This document shows, one piece after another, positions 9,536 through 20,179 of a stretch of 64,000 bases of DNA; the first letter of the stretch is position 1; the number at the start of each line of letters is the position of its first letter. The DNA lies in contig CANARY010000003.1 of NCBI GenBank assembly GCA_947364235.1, forward strand, positions 184,868 through 248,867, in the 5' to 3' direction. Below the pieces are notes generated by a model. It saw only the letters and a list, made by a program, of their open reading frames with translations, was not told the origin of the DNA and made no database searches. Both the position numbers and the translations under genes were made by a program. Source of the DNA: an uncultured Candidatus Melainabacteria bacterium (lineage in GTDB: Bacteria > Cyanobacteriota > Vampirovibrionia > Gastranaerophilales > Gastranaerophilaceae).

Positions 9536-10843
9536 TTAGTCGAGAATACCGAACTTAGCTTTTTCGCGTTTTGTTTCAACAGCTTGGTAACTGTCATTAA
9601 TATCGCTTGCTTTAAGTCCGAATAAAGCAGGATGAGTAAGTTTTCCGGCTCCAAATACAAGGTGCATAAAATTCTTTGTAATTGTAATTGCTGAAAACAT
9701 TGAAACAATTACACCGATAGCAAGAGTTAATGCAAACCCTTTTACTACGCTTGTACCGCAGCAGAAAAGGATTATACAAGTGATAATTGTTGTCATATTT
9801 GAGTCAAAGATACTTGTAAATGCTCTGTCAAAACCGGAATTGATTGCTGTAAATAGCGTTCTTCCTGCTTTCAGCTCTTCTTTTGTTCGTTCAAAAATTA
9901 AGATATTCGCGTCAACTGCCATACCTATACTTAAGATGAAACCTGCAATACCGGCAAGAGTTAATGTAATCGGGATTGCTTTAAATAAAGCAAAAAGCAT
10001 TATACCATATAAAATCAGAGCAACGTCTGCAATCAAGCCTGGAGCTCTGTAATATAAAGCCATAAATATCATAACAAAACCAAGTCCTATAGCACCTGCA
10101 ATTTTTGATTTTGCAATACTATCTGCTCCTAAAGTTGGTCCGACTGTGTTTTCTTCAATAATCTTAGCAGGAACAGGAAGTGCACCGGCGTTTAAGAGGT
10201 CAACCATTTTCTTAGCTTCATCATAAACAAATCCGTTATCTCCGCCTGAAATTTGAGCTCTTCCGCCTGTGATTGCTTCTCTAATAACCGGAGCAGATTG
10301 AAGATCTCCGTTAAAGAATATAGCCATCGGCTGACCGACAAGCTGTTTTGTTAAATCAGCAAACTTCTTTGTTCCTTCTCCATTGAATTCCAAATCAACA
10401 ACCCATTGACCGTTTTGAGAATTTGTGCTCAAATTAGCTTTTGCTAAATCTTTACCGGTTAAACCTGTTGCTTCCCATTCAGCTTCTCCGTCTTTCATAA
10501 CCGGTTTTCTGAAATCAAGCTCCGCAGTTTCACCTATATAAGCTTTTGCCTGGTTTAAATCAGAAACATCAGGAATTTCAACAACAAGCCTTTTATCTCC
10601 GGCTCTTTGAACAACTGTTTCAGAAACTCCAAGCTTGTTAACCCTGTTTTCGATTGCAAACTGTAAGCTTGACATCATATCAGGTGTAATTTGCGCTACA
10701 GTATCTGAAGTCTGAGCTTCAAGAACAAGCCTTGAACCGCCGACTAAGTCTAAACCTAACTTTGTAGGCTTTGTGCAAATTATAACAATACATGTGATAA
10801 TGATTGCTACAATCGCCCAAAATAACATAAGTTTATTTTTCAT
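9536..10843 (-). CDS. secD: Protein translocase subunit SecD
   Basis: LGLDLVGG, IENRVNKLGVSE, VGPTLG, GMAVDANILIFER. Start moved to ATG 10843 (AAGGAG SD); the track start overlaps dapA. Confidence 0.97.
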   Translation of the reverse strand: MKNKLMLFWAIVAIIITCIVIICTKPTKLGLDLVGGSRLVLEAQTSDTVAQITPDMMSSLQFAIENRVNKLGVSETVVQRAGDKRLVVEIPDVSDLNQAKAYIGETAELDFRKPVMKDGEAEWEATGLTGKDLAKANLSTNSQNGQWVVDLEFNGEGTKKFADLTKQLVGQPMAIFFNGDLQSAPVIREAITGGRAQISGGDNGFVYDEAKKMVDLLNAGALPVPAKIIEENTVGPTLGADSIAKSKIAGAIGLGFVMIFMALYYRAPGLIADVALILYGIMLFALFKAIPITLTLAGIAGFILSIGMAVDANILIFERTKEELKAGRTLFTAINSGFDRAFTSIFDSNMTTIITCIILFCCGTSVVKGFALTLAIGVIVSMFSAITITKNFMHLVFGAGKLTHPALFGLKASDINDSYQAVETKREKAKFGILD

Positions 10844-10907
10844 TATGTACTCCTTATTATATAAATAATCATAACCCAAATCTGAAATTAAAGTCTTACC
10901 CGATTGA

Positions 10908-11786
10908 TTAAATTGAATCAAGCGTGAAGATTAAATCAGCTTTTTCAGCTTTAGTAAGCTCAACAAGCGGTCTTCTTACGTAATCTTCAATAATTTCTTT
11001 GTAAGCAAGAGCTGCTTTAACCGGCACAGGATTCGGCGCCATAAACAGCTTTTTGAATATCGGATAAAGCTTCTGGTGCATGTTTCTTGCAGTCATTACA
11101 TCTCCGGTTTTGAAGTTTCTTATCATTGATTTAATTTCTTTTCCGAAGAGGTGAGAAGCAACAGATATAACGCCATGAGCGCCGACTGAAAGCATTGGAA
11201 GAGTTAAGCTGTCATCACCCGAATAAATTGTAAAGTCTTTAGGACAGTTCATTTTTAAATCGGTAATTACGTCTAAATCTCCTGAGCTTTGTTTTAAAGC
11301 TGCAATATTTTCGTATTTTCTTGCAAGCGTTTTTATTGTTTCAACAGACATGTTTACGCCGGTTCTTGATGGTATGTTGTAAAGAATAATCGGAATATCA
11401 ACAGCTTCTGCTATAGCAGAAAAATGTTCAATCATACCGCTTTGAGAAGGTTTGTTGTAATAAGGAACAACCGAAAGTATTGCATCAACTCCTTCTTTTT
11501 CAGCTTTTTTTGCCATCATAACAGCAGTTTCTGTTGAGTTTGAACCTGTGCCCATAATAATTTTTCCGTTAGAACCTACCCCTCTTTTTGCGCTGCAAAG
11601 GATTTCAATTTCTTCTTCGTGCGTTAGAGTCGGAGTTTCGCCTGTAGTACCTGTTACTAGAACTGCATCTGAACCTGTATTAATAAGCTGGTAAGCTAAT
11701 GCTTCAACTTTTTCGTAATCAACTTCTCTTTTGCTGTTGAATGGAGTTACTATTGCTGTAATTACTTCACCTGCATCATATCTCAT
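10908..11786 (-). CDS. dapA: 4-hydroxy-tetrahydrodipicolinate synthase
   Basis: TAIVTPF, GTTGETPTL, LYNIPSRTG, catalytic ALKQS, SGDD, PNPVPVK. Confidence 0.97.
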   Translation of the reverse strand: MRYDAGEVITAIVTPFNSKREVDYEKVEALAYQLINTGSDAVLVTGTTGETPTLTHEEEIEILCSAKRGVGSNGKIIMGTGSNSTETAVMMAKKAEKEGVDAILSVVPYYNKPSQSGMIEHFSAIAEAVDIPIILYNIPSRTGVNMSVETIKTLARKYENIAALKQSSGDLDVITDLKMNCPKDFTIYSGDDSLTLPMLSVGAHGVISVASHLFGKEIKSMIRNFKTGDVMTARNMHQKLYPIFKKLFMAPNPVPVKAALAYKEIIEDYVRRPLVELTKAEKADLIFTLDSI

Positions 11787-11789
11787 ATA

Positions 11790-12653
11790 TTATACTCCTT
11801 CTTGGTTTATTTGCTTAAATTCATGCGCTTCCATCGTTCTATTTTCATATTGGAAAATCCCGATTTGCGATGTGTAATACCTGTGTGTTGTATTAAATTT
11901 ATATCTGTAACAAGTATCTGCTGCCATAATAACTTTTCCAAAATATTTTAGGCTTATAAGTTTATTTAGCTGTTTCATGTCTCCTCCGGATTGAATACAA
12001 ATTGCGTAATCAATCGGAGCTGTAGAATTCATAACTTTAAATAAAACATCAAGTACGTCGTCAATTTTATCAAAATTATCAAATGAATACATAAAACCGC
12101 CTTCGTAATCAGTCGGGTCTATCCTAAGTTTTTCATAAATGAAATCTTTCATTAATTTATTTTGTTCATTTAAATCAAACTTAAGCTCAGCATGCGAAAA
12201 CTTTGGCTTTAATGCTGTATGAATAGTAACTGCATATTTTTTTATGCTTTTTTCTTGTTTAATTATACTTTCTTGCAAAGATTTATTGATAATATTTTCT
12301 TCAACTTTTTTGCAGGTTAAATAAGTGCTCACATACCCTGCTTCTATAAGGGTTGTAATGATAATCATCAAGTTCATAAAATAGAAACATCCAATCAGCA
12401 CAATGACTGCACTTAGATATTTAAGCTCAAATACAGCCCCCCAGAAATCAAATTTAAGTGAATAAATATTGTCAGTTACTGCAAGAAGATTGTTGAAAAA
12501 AGGAGTAATAAATCCAAGCCATTTCCATTCTGCGTTTGTAAGATTCTGTATCCAGAAAAGCAAAAGAAGCATAATACAAAAAACACAGACAATTTTCATA
12601 AACTGCCAGAAGCTTTTTAATCCTCCAAAAATTTTAAGATACAGCTTGTGCAT
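11790..12653 (-). CDS. Membrane-anchored hypothetical protein; cytoplasmic domain possibly a degenerate class III nucleotide cyclase fold
   Basis: Two N-terminal hydrophobic segments, a coiled linker, and an alpha/beta C-terminal domain. The fold call is by eye only. Confidence 0.5.
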   Translation of the reverse strand: MHKLYLKIFGGLKSFWQFMKIVCVFCIMLLLLFWIQNLTNAEWKWLGFITPFFNNLLAVTDNIYSLKFDFWGAVFELKYLSAVIVLIGCFYFMNLMIIITTLIEAGYVSTYLTCKKVEENIINKSLQESIIKQEKSIKKYAVTIHTALKPKFSHAELKFDLNEQNKLMKDFIYEKLRIDPTDYEGGFMYSFDNFDKIDDVLDVLFKVMNSTAPIDYAICIQSGGDMKQLNKLISLKYFGKVIMAADTCYRYKFNTTHRYYTSQIGIFQYENRTMEAHEFKQINQEGV

Positions 12654-13510
12654 TAACCCTCTCCTAAATAAATATTATCAATTAATCTTACATTATCAAC
12701 TCTGCAAGCAATAAGAACAATAGAGTCAGAGCTTGCTTTTTCTTGTTCTTCAAGCGTATTTTTATCCAGAATTTCCAGATATTCCAAATCGTGTTTATCG
12801 GTTAAATAGCCGTAAGCAGTTTCTTTTAAAGCTTCAATGTCTGTAATACCTTTATTGAAACACATTTTAATATTATTCAAAATCCTGCTCAAAGCTAAAG
12901 CGTCTTTTTTACCTTCTTCTGAAAGGTATTTATTTCGTGAGCTTAAAGCAAGTCCTGAGCTTTCTCTCACAATCGGGCATTGAATAACTTCAACCGGTAC
13001 ATTTAAATCTTTAACCATTTTCTTAATAATTATTGCCTGCTGCGCATCTTTTTGCCCAAAGAATGCGAAATCAGGCTGAACAATGTTAAACAATTTAAGA
13101 ACAACTGTGCAGACGCCGTCAAAATGACCCGTTCTTGATTTTCCGCAAAGCTTGTTTACATAGAAAAACGGAGGGCAGACATAAGTTAACGTGTCATTAG
13201 AAAGTCGGTTTCCCTTGCCGTACATAATGTCCGGAGATGGAGCAAAAACAGCATCAACTCCGGCAGAGTTACAAAGTTCCATATCAGCTTCAAGAGTTCT
13301 CGGATACTTATCAAAATCTTCAGAAGGTCCGAACTGAATTGGATTTACAAAAACAGAAACCACAACTTTGTCACAAGTTTCTTTTGCTTTTTTGATAAGA
13401 CTCAAATGCCCTTCGTGCAAAGCTCCCATTGTAGGAACAAGTCCTATTGACTTTGAGCTGTTCCAACTCTTTCTTAACTCTCTCAATTTCTCAATTGTAT
13501 GTATAAGCAT
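12653..13510 (-). CDS. panC: Pantoate-beta-alanine ligase
   Basis: VPTMGALHEGH, SVFVNPIQF, FFGQKD, GLALSSRN, RLIDN. Confidence 0.97.
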   Translation of the reverse strand: MLIHTIEKLRELRKSWNSSKSIGLVPTMGALHEGHLSLIKKAKETCDKVVVSVFVNPIQFGPSEDFDKYPRTLEADMELCNSAGVDAVFAPSPDIMYGKGNRLSNDTLTYVCPPFFYVNKLCGKSRTGHFDGVCTVVLKLFNIVQPDFAFFGQKDAQQAIIIKKMVKDLNVPVEVIQCPIVRESSGLALSSRNKYLSEEGKKDALALSRILNNIKMCFNKGITDIEALKETAYGYLTDKHDLEYLEILDKNTLEEQEKASSDSIVLIACRVDNVRLIDNIYLGEG

Positions 13511-13511
13511 A

Positions 13512-14339
13512 TTAAATTTTTAGTTTACCTCTCTCTTTTTCATCCAGTTTAAACGATTCTTTTTCTGAAGGAAAAACCTCTTCTTTGACTTCAAGCTTGT
13601 ATGCTTCAATGCTATTTAAAACAGTGTCATGAAGGTTTGCGTATTTTTTTACAAACTTAGGAGTAAAATCAGTGAATTTCCCTAAAATATCATCAGTAAC
13701 TACGATTTGTCCAGAACAATATTTTCCGGCGCCGATGCCGATTGTTGGAATTCTTAAATTCTCTGTAATATATTTCGCGCTTTCTTCCGGCATAAGCTCT
13801 AAAACAATTGCAAAACATCCGGCTTCTTCAAGCTTTTGAGCGCTTGCTAAAATTTGTTCAATTTTATCTGAAGTCTTGCCTTGAATTTTGTATCCGCCAA
13901 TTGTGTTCATAAGCTGAGGAGTAAATCCAAGATGCCCGAGAACAGGAACTCCTGATTCTACACATCTTTTAACAAGTGCTAAAATATGCTCGTTGCATCC
14001 TTCGAGCTTAATTGCAGAAGCGCCTGCCTTAATCATTTTACAGGCATTTTCTAATCCTTGCTCTAATGATAAATTGTAACTCATAAACGGCATATCACCG
14101 ATTATAAAGGAGTTTTTAGCGCCTCGTGCAACTGCTTTTACAAAGATAAGCATCTCATCAATTGAAATATTATAAGTATCTTTGTATCCGAGAGCTACCA
14201 TTGCTAAAGAATCTCCGACAAGAATTCCGTTTATTTCTGCTTTATCCAGAACTTGTGCGGTTGAATAATCGTAAGCAGTAAGCATTGCGATTTTTTCGTT
14301 ATTATCTTTTAATCTTTGAAATGTACTTATGCTCTTCAT
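13512..14339 (-). CDS. panB: 3-methyl-2-oxobutanoate hydroxymethyltransferase
   Basis: LTAYDY, LVGDSL, DMPFMSY, KLEG, GIGAG. Confidence 0.97.
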   Translation of the reverse strand: MKSISTFQRLKDNNEKIAMLTAYDYSTAQVLDKAEINGILVGDSLAMVALGYKDTYNISIDEMLIFVKAVARGAKNSFIIGDMPFMSYNLSLEQGLENACKMIKAGASAIKLEGCNEHILALVKRCVESGVPVLGHLGFTPQLMNTIGGYKIQGKTSDKIEQILASAQKLEEAGCFAIVLELMPEESAKYITENLRIPTIGIGAGKYCSGQIVVTDDILGKFTDFTPKFVKKYANLHDTVLNSIEAYKLEVKEEVFPSEKESFKLDEKERGKLKI

Positions 14340-15652
14340 TTATTATCCTTTGAAGCTTTTCTGTACCAATAGTAAACTGCTCTTGCGACTCTATGTGAAC
14401 TGTGGCGTACAAGCCCTTCTTTATTTTCTTGAATAAGTTTTTGAGAAACAACTTCGACTCCGATTGGAGCGATATTTTCCATATCAAGCCTTACTGGAAT
14501 AGAACCGCTTTTTGCATAACCTTCAGAAATATTATCAGGCAAAATGTCGTTTACAAGAACTGCATTAACGATTTTCTTTCCTTTTGCATGTGCAATTAAA
14601 GCGTTAACGTGGCTTGCTACTGAATAATTGTCAGTTTCGCCAGGCTGAGTCATAATATTACATACATAAATCTTCTTAGCTTTAGATTGTTCTACCGCTT
14701 CAACAATTCCGTCAACCAAAAGGTTCGGAATGACACTTGTATAAAGGCTTCCCGGTCCTAAGATAATTAAATCTGCATCTGCGATAGCAGCAATTGCTTC
14801 TGGGAGTGCGCGGCAATGTTCAGGCTCTGTATACAAAGTTTTAATCTTTCCGTGAGCTTCCGGAATATTTGATTCTCCGTGAATTGTCCTTCCGTCTTCA
14901 AATTTAGCTGCAAGCTTCATATCGTCTAATGTAGCAGGAAGAACAACACCTCTTATATTTAATACATTTGAAGATTCTTTTACTGCCCGTACCATATCTC
15001 CGGTGATTGCGCAAAGTGCTGTTAAAAATAAGTTTCCGAAACTATGACCTTCTAAACACTCTCCGTTTTTAAACCGGTATTGGAAAAGCTCTGTAATTAA
15101 ATCTTCATCGTCAGCGAGCGCTGCAATGCAGTTTCTGATATCTCCCGGAGGAAGAATACCCATTTCTTCCCTCAGCCTTCCTGAGCTTCCGCCGTCATCA
15201 CCTACTGTTACTATCGCTGTAATGTTGTTTGTGTATTTTTTGATGCCGCGAAGAAGCATGGATAAACCTGTTCCTCCGCCTATTGCAACTATTTTAGCGC
15301 CTTTATTGAGCTTTCTTCTTCTGTATAACTTTTCTAATATAGAATAGTTGCCTTTTTTATTATCCATATCCATAATGGATAAAGTTGTTTTTTGCCATCC
15401 TTTAAAGAATATCACTGAGCCGATAAGGATAAAAACTGCAGCAAGGAAATTGGACGGCAATACCAGGGCAGCTTTTCTTATAATCTCAAGCGTCATATAA
15501 ATCGGACGTACATTAGCTAGAACCATAAAACCTAATACAATCATAATTGAGCCGATAAATATTAGGAAGAACCATCTTTTAACTTCAAGACCGGGAAGAA
15601 GCCAGCCTACATCTTTAGTAACTTTAACATTATTTTTTAATTCATCTAACAT
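14336..15652 (-). CDS. yvcK: YvcK/CofD-like gluconeogenesis factor with N-terminal membrane segments
   Basis: GGGTGLS, DDGGSSG.LR, PPGDIRN, GHSFGNL, GPGSLYTS. Confidence 0.92.
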   Translation of the reverse strand: MLDELKNNVKVTKDVGWLLPGLEVKRWFFLIFIGSIMIVLGFMVLANVRPIYMTLEIIRKAALVLPSNFLAAVFILIGSVIFFKGWQKTTLSIMDMDNKKGNYSILEKLYRRRKLNKGAKIVAIGGGTGLSMLLRGIKKYTNNITAIVTVGDDGGSSGRLREEMGILPPGDIRNCIAALADDEDLITELFQYRFKNGECLEGHSFGNLFLTALCAITGDMVRAVKESSNVLNIRGVVLPATLDDMKLAAKFEDGRTIHGESNIPEAHGKIKTLYTEPEHCRALPEAIAAIADADLIILGPGSLYTSVIPNLLVDGIVEAVEQSKAKKIYVCNIMTQPGETDNYSVASHVNALIAHAKGKKIVNAVLVNDILPDNISEGYAKSGSIPVRLDMENIAPIGVEVVSQKLIQENKEGLVRHSSHRVARAVYYWYRKASKDNK

Positions 15653-15655
15653 ATT

Positions 15656-16450
15656 TTAATCCACCCATCCTGATGCTTTCGCGTTGATGTAATTTACAGG
15701 AGCGGGTTTGATATAATTGCTCGCTTGCTGAATTAAATCAAGTGAGTTTTTGTATTTGTTTGAAAAATGGATTGTATTTACATCTGCAAAACTTGTACCG
15801 CCTAAATTGTTGCGGATTTGTGATGTATGAAGCAGATGTTGAAAACGCTTGATTAAATTGTAGTTATCAGTGTTATCTGGTACTGAATAATCAATTGTTA
15901 AATCAGGGTTATATGTTTTTTCGAGGCTGAGTTCCTGTGCGACTTGAATGTTTACGTAATCACCGACTTTTGCAGTGATATCACCAACAGGAGCATAGTA
16001 AACAAGCCATTCTGAACATTTTTTAATTGCTTTAGCAATTGCAGTGGAGAATGTAAAATCTTCACCTACCATTTTATACATAGCTCCGTGCGGTCTAACG
16101 TGTTCAATACTCAAACCGTAAGCTTTTGCAAAAGACATAATTGCACCTACCTGGTAAACAACAAGAGCTTCAAGCTCGTCTTCTTTAAGCTCAACAGGTC
16201 TGTAACCGAAGCCTTGAATGTCGTTAAAGCCGATGTGAGCTCCGATTGCTGCATTTTTTTCTTTAGCTTTTAGCATAGCTTCTTTTATTGTCACAGGGTC
16301 GCCTGCGTGAAACCCGCAGGAAATGTTTACAGAGCTTACGTAATCAAGAAGTTCGTATTCCTGAATATTTTTATATACACCGTAAGCCTGCGCTAAATCG
16401 CAGTTAAAATCTATATTTTTAATCGACTTTTTTTCTAATATTTCCTGCAT
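15656..16450 (-). CDS. pxpA: LamB/YcsF family protein (5-oxoprolinase subunit A-like)
   Basis: DFNCDL, NISCGFHAGD, GFGYR, HVRPHGAMY. Confidence 0.85.
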   Translation of the reverse strand: MQEILEKKSIKNIDFNCDLAQAYGVYKNIQEYELLDYVSSVNISCGFHAGDPVTIKEAMLKAKEKNAAIGAHIGFNDIQGFGYRPVELKEDELEALVVYQVGAIMSFAKAYGLSIEHVRPHGAMYKMVGEDFTFSTAIAKAIKKCSEWLVYYAPVGDITAKVGDYVNIQVAQELSLEKTYNPDLTIDYSVPDNTDNYNLIKRFQHLLHTSQIRNNLGGTSFADVNTIHFSNKYKNSLDLIQQASNYIKPAPVNYINAKASGWVD

Positions 16451-16495
16451 TTCATTCTCCCTAATTTTATTTTAATTATACAACAAAAGATACGT

Positions 16496-17641
16496 TTATA
16501 ATAAACCTGTAATATTATCTCTTGTAATTACAGCATCATAGTTTTTGTATCCGAGTATAATTTCGATGTTATTTGAGTGCGAGCCTACGATTTTACGGCA
16601 TTCCTGGGAATTATAATTAACCATTCCGCGTGCAAACTCAATATTGTTTTCATCCATAATCGAGACAACTTCGCCGCGATTGAAATCGTTTACAACATTT
16701 AAAATACCAATTGGTAAAAGACTTGAACATTGTTCAAGAATAGCTTTTTTTGCTCCCTGATTAACGATAAGCCCTCCGATAATATTTGTTGCATAACCAA
16801 TCCAGCGCTTTTTGTCCGGTAAATTCTCACTTGTCGGAAGAAACATTGTGCCAATTTCTTCTTTATCGAAAATTTTGCTTATAACATAAGGAATTTTTCC
16901 GTTTGCAATAAGAACTTTACCGCCAAAACGTGTTACAAGCTTTGCTGCTTCAAGCTTTGTACGCATTCCGCCCCTGCCGCCTTCTGACGCGTCTGTTCCT
17001 AAAGCCATTATCTCGTCTGTTACGCATTCAACTTCTCTTATCAGCTCTGCACCTGGATTTGTTTTTGGATTCTCGGTATAAAGCCCATTTATGTCTGAAA
17101 GTAAGATTAATAAATCTGCGTCAAGCTCGCTGGCAACAAGAGCAGAAAGCTTGTCGTTATCTGCAAAGTTAACTTTCATTCCTGACATCATTGGATTCAT
17201 TTCTATTGTAGAAACTGTGTCATTTTGGTTTATAATCGGAACAACCCCGTATTCTAAAATCTTATTTAAAGTTGTCCTAAGGCTCAAATACCTGTAACGC
17301 AGTGAAAAATCGTCTTCGGTTAGAAGAATTTGTGCAATCGGGATATCGTAAATTCCGAATCCGCTTTCATAAAACGACATGAGCTTGCTCTGCCCGATTG
17401 CAGCGCAGGCTTGCTTTACGCCGTCTTCTGCTGTAGAGTCTAAATTAAGCCTTTTTTTGCCTAACCCGACGGCTCCTGAAGTTACAAGAATAACTTCTTT
17501 CCCTTGCTTAACAAGCTTTGACATATCTTCAATGAACGAATATATGCGCGAAATTGCAACTTCTCCGTCAGCGTTTCTTAAGACATTTGTGCCGAGTTTT
17601 ATAACAATACGTTTTGCATTAATAAATTCTTCTCTAAGCAT
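16496..17641 (-). CDS. proB: Glutamate 5-kinase with PUA domain
   Basis: IVIKLGT, VTSGAV, AAIGQ, PIINQND, DNDKLSA, GGMRTKL. Confidence 0.97.
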   Translation of the reverse strand: MLREEFINAKRIVIKLGTNVLRNADGEVAISRIYSFIEDMSKLVKQGKEVILVTSGAVGLGKKRLNLDSTAEDGVKQACAAIGQSKLMSFYESGFGIYDIPIAQILLTEDDFSLRYRYLSLRTTLNKILEYGVVPIINQNDTVSTIEMNPMMSGMKVNFADNDKLSALVASELDADLLILLSDINGLYTENPKTNPGAELIREVECVTDEIMALGTDASEGGRGGMRTKLEAAKLVTRFGGKVLIANGKIPYVISKIFDKEEIGTMFLPTSENLPDKKRWIGYATNIIGGLIVNQGAKKAILEQCSSLLPIGILNVVNDFNRGEVVSIMDENNIEFARGMVNYNSQECRKIVGSHSNNIEIILGYKNYDAVITRDNITGLL

Positions 17642-17642
17642 T

Positions 17643-18701
17643 TTACATTCCCATTGCTTTTAATACGTCTTTTATCTCAGAAGATGTCTTTTTAACATCT
17701 GCATTTGAATATTTAATAGCATTATCAGGGTCTTTTAAGCCGTTACCTGTAAGAATGCAGACGATATCAGCACCTTCTTTAACAAGTCCTTGAGAATGTG
17801 CTTGGATAAGTCCTGCAACAGATGCTGCGCTTGCAGGTTCGCAAAGAACGCCTTCAGAAGAAGCCAGCATTTTGTAAGCTTCAACGATTTTTTCATCAGA
17901 AACGCATCCGATTTTACCATTACTTTCGTCGCGTGCAGCTTCTGCCTGCTTCCAGCTTGCCGGATTTCCGATGCGGATAGCAGTTGCAAGTGTTTCAGGT
18001 TTTAGAATTCTTTCTCTGCGAACGATTGCGGCTGAGCCTTCGGCTTCATATCCCATCATTTGCGGTAATTCTTTGATAATTCCTTCTGCTTTATATTCTT
18101 TATATCCTTTCCAGTAAGCAGTGATGTTACCTGCGTTTCCTACTGGTATAAAGTGGTAATCAGGAGCTTTTCCTAATGCGTCGCAAATTTCAAATGCACC
18201 GGTTTTTTGACCTTCAATTCTATATGGATTTACAGAGTTTACAAGCGTAATCGGATGAGTTGCAGAAATTTCTCTAACGCAGTCAAGTGCCTGGTCAAAG
18301 TTGCCTTGAATAGCGATAATTTCTGCTCCATACATCATAGCTTGAGAAAGTTTTCCAAGAGCAATGTAACCGTCAGGAATAAGTACAAAAGTCTTTATGC
18401 CTGCTTTTGCACCGTAAGCTGCTGCTGAAGCAGAAGTGTTGCCGGTAGAAGCACAGATAATAGCGCCTGCTCCTGCTTCTTTGGCTTTAGTTACGGCCAT
18501 TGTCATTCCGCGGTCTTTAAAACTGCCGGTCGGGTTGCAGCCTTCAAATTTTAAATAAATATTTGCTTCTATTCCAAGTTTTTTGGCAAGATTGTCAGCT
18601 TTTATTAAAGGAGTATTGCCTTCGTTTAAAGTTACAACCGGAGTTGAGTCAGTAACCGGTAAATATTTTCTATACTTGTTAATTAATCCTTGATAATACA
18701 T
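17643..18701 (-). CDS. thrC: Threonine synthase
   Basis: [18 protein letters not shown] (PLP lysine), [17 protein letters not shown]. Confidence 0.97.
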   Translation of the reverse strand: MYYQGLINKYRKYLPVTDSTPVVTLNEGNTPLIKADNLAKKLGIEANIYLKFEGCNPTGSFKDRGMTMAVTKAKEAGAGAIICASTGNTSASAAAYGAKAGIKTFVLIPDGYIALGKLSQAMMYGAEIIAIQGNFDQALDCVREISATHPITLVNSVNPYRIEGQKTGAFEICDALGKAPDYHFIPVGNAGNITAYWKGYKEYKAEGIIKELPQMMGYEAEGSAAIVRRERILKPETLATAIRIGNPASWKQAEAARDESNGKIGCVSDEKIVEAYKMLASSEGVLCEPASAASVAGLIQAHSQGLVKEGADIVCILTGNGLKDPDNAIKYSNADVKKTSSEIKDVLKAMGM

Positions 18702-18832
18702 ATAAATCCTCTTTTCTTTTTTTTTTAATATATCATATCAAGGAATAAGTAGCAAAGAGAAATTTAAATAATAATTATTTATATAAATGACTGTTTCAAA
18801 ATCGAAACAAAAGGCTGCTTATATATTACAAG

Positions 18833-18865
18833 TAATATGCTAATTATTTTTAAATTAGCATATTA
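18833..18865. promoter_or_regulatory. Perfect 13-bp inverted repeat between hom and thrC (operator or terminator-like hairpin)
   Basis: TAATATGCTAATT-attttta-AATTAGCATATTA; no clear U-tract. Confidence 0.45.
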
Positions 18866-18889
18866 TGACGCTCTTGAAGAAGATTTAAA

Positions 18890-20146
18890 CTAATTTGCGA
18901 CTCTTATGAGGCTGTTAACGGTACAGTCATCAAGTTCTGCAACAACTTCGCGGATTTTCTTTTCCAAGCACATTTCGGTAATAACTGTAATTTCAGCAGT
19001 ATTATCAGCTTCAACACCTTTTTGCAAAATACTTGAAAGGCTGATGTCTTTGTTTGCACAAATTGTACCGATTTTTGCAATCACACCGATTGCATTTGGA
19101 GCTGTAATTGAAAGATAATATTTATTGTAAGTATCTTCAATTTTCACAGGATTAGCAGTTGAGTGGTGGCAGCATCTCATCATTGGAAGCAGATAATCAG
19201 TTGTGTTAAATTCTCTTGCTATTGCTAAAATATCGCCTACAACTGAGCTGGCAGTCGGGAATTCTCCTGCTCCAGGACCTGATAGAACGATATGTCCAAT
19301 TGGGTGGCCTGTGATTGCAACTGAGTTTGTTACATAATTAATGTGAGCAAGCATATTATTTTTAGGTACGAGCATTGGGTGAACGCGAACATCTGCGTTG
19401 TTATTTTCATCAAGTGTTGCGTTTGCAATAAGCTTAATTTTAAATCCAAGCTCATTGGCTCTCAGAATATCTTCTTTTCTAATTTTTGTAATGCCTTCTC
19501 TGTAAACGTTTTCTAATTTAACTCTTGAATTAAAAGCAATTGTTGCAAGAGTTGTAATTTTGTACATAGCGTCAAACCCTTCGACATCTCCGGTCGGGTC
19601 TGTTTCAGCATAGCCAAGCTGCTGCGCTTCTTTAAGCACATCTTCATAACAAGCTCCGTCTGCATCCATTTTTGTAAGAATATAGTTTGTTGTTCCGTTC
19701 AAAATAGCTTGGATTTTATGGATTTTATTACCTGCTAAGATGGTTTTAATCGGCATTATTATAGGTATTCCGCCGGCAATAGCTGCTTCATACAGGCACA
19801 CACGGTTATGTTCTTCTGCAAGGTTAAAAAGTTCTTCGCCTTTTTTTGCAAGGAGTTCTTTATTAGCAGTAACGATATGTTTTCCGTTTTTAATAGCAGT
19901 TGAAATATAATCCCATGCAGGATTTACTCCGCCAATAAGTTCGACAACAACATCAATCGAAGGGTTATTAACAACTTCATAAGGATCTCCTGTAAGCATA
20001 TCTGACGGAACATCAACAGAGCGGGGTTTGTTTAGATTTTTTACAGCAATCTTAACAATTTCTACATTATCGATATTTTCTAATGTTTTATAAACTCCGC
20101 ATCCTACTGTTCCGAGTCCGATAAGTCCTATTTTAAGTTTTTTCAT
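18890..20146 (-). CDS. hom: Homoserine dehydrogenase with C-terminal ACT domain
   Basis: GLGTVG, VTANK, YEAAIAGGIP, ILNGTTNYIL, GPGAG. Confidence 0.97.
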   Translation of the reverse strand: MKKLKIGLIGLGTVGCGVYKTLENIDNVEIVKIAVKNLNKPRSVDVPSDMLTGDPYEVVNNPSIDVVVELIGGVNPAWDYISTAIKNGKHIVTANKELLAKKGEELFNLAEEHNRVCLYEAAIAGGIPIIMPIKTILAGNKIHKIQAILNGTTNYILTKMDADGACYEDVLKEAQQLGYAETDPTGDVEGFDAMYKITTLATIAFNSRVKLENVYREGITKIRKEDILRANELGFKIKLIANATLDENNNADVRVHPMLVPKNNMLAHINYVTNSVAITGHPIGHIVLSGPGAGEFPTASSVVGDILAIAREFNTTDYLLPMMRCCHHSTANPVKIEDTYNKYYLSITAPNAIGVIAKIGTICANKDISLSSILQKGVEADNTAEITVITEMCLEKKIREVVAELDDCTVNSLIRVAN

Positions 20147-20179
20147 ATAATTCTCCTTCTTGAAAAATTATACCATAAA

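Noticed and set aside
12653-20146. panCB-yvcK-pxpA-proB-thrC-hom run as a novel pathway
   Set aside because: These are ordinary housekeeping genes; co-location alone gives no support for a new pathway.
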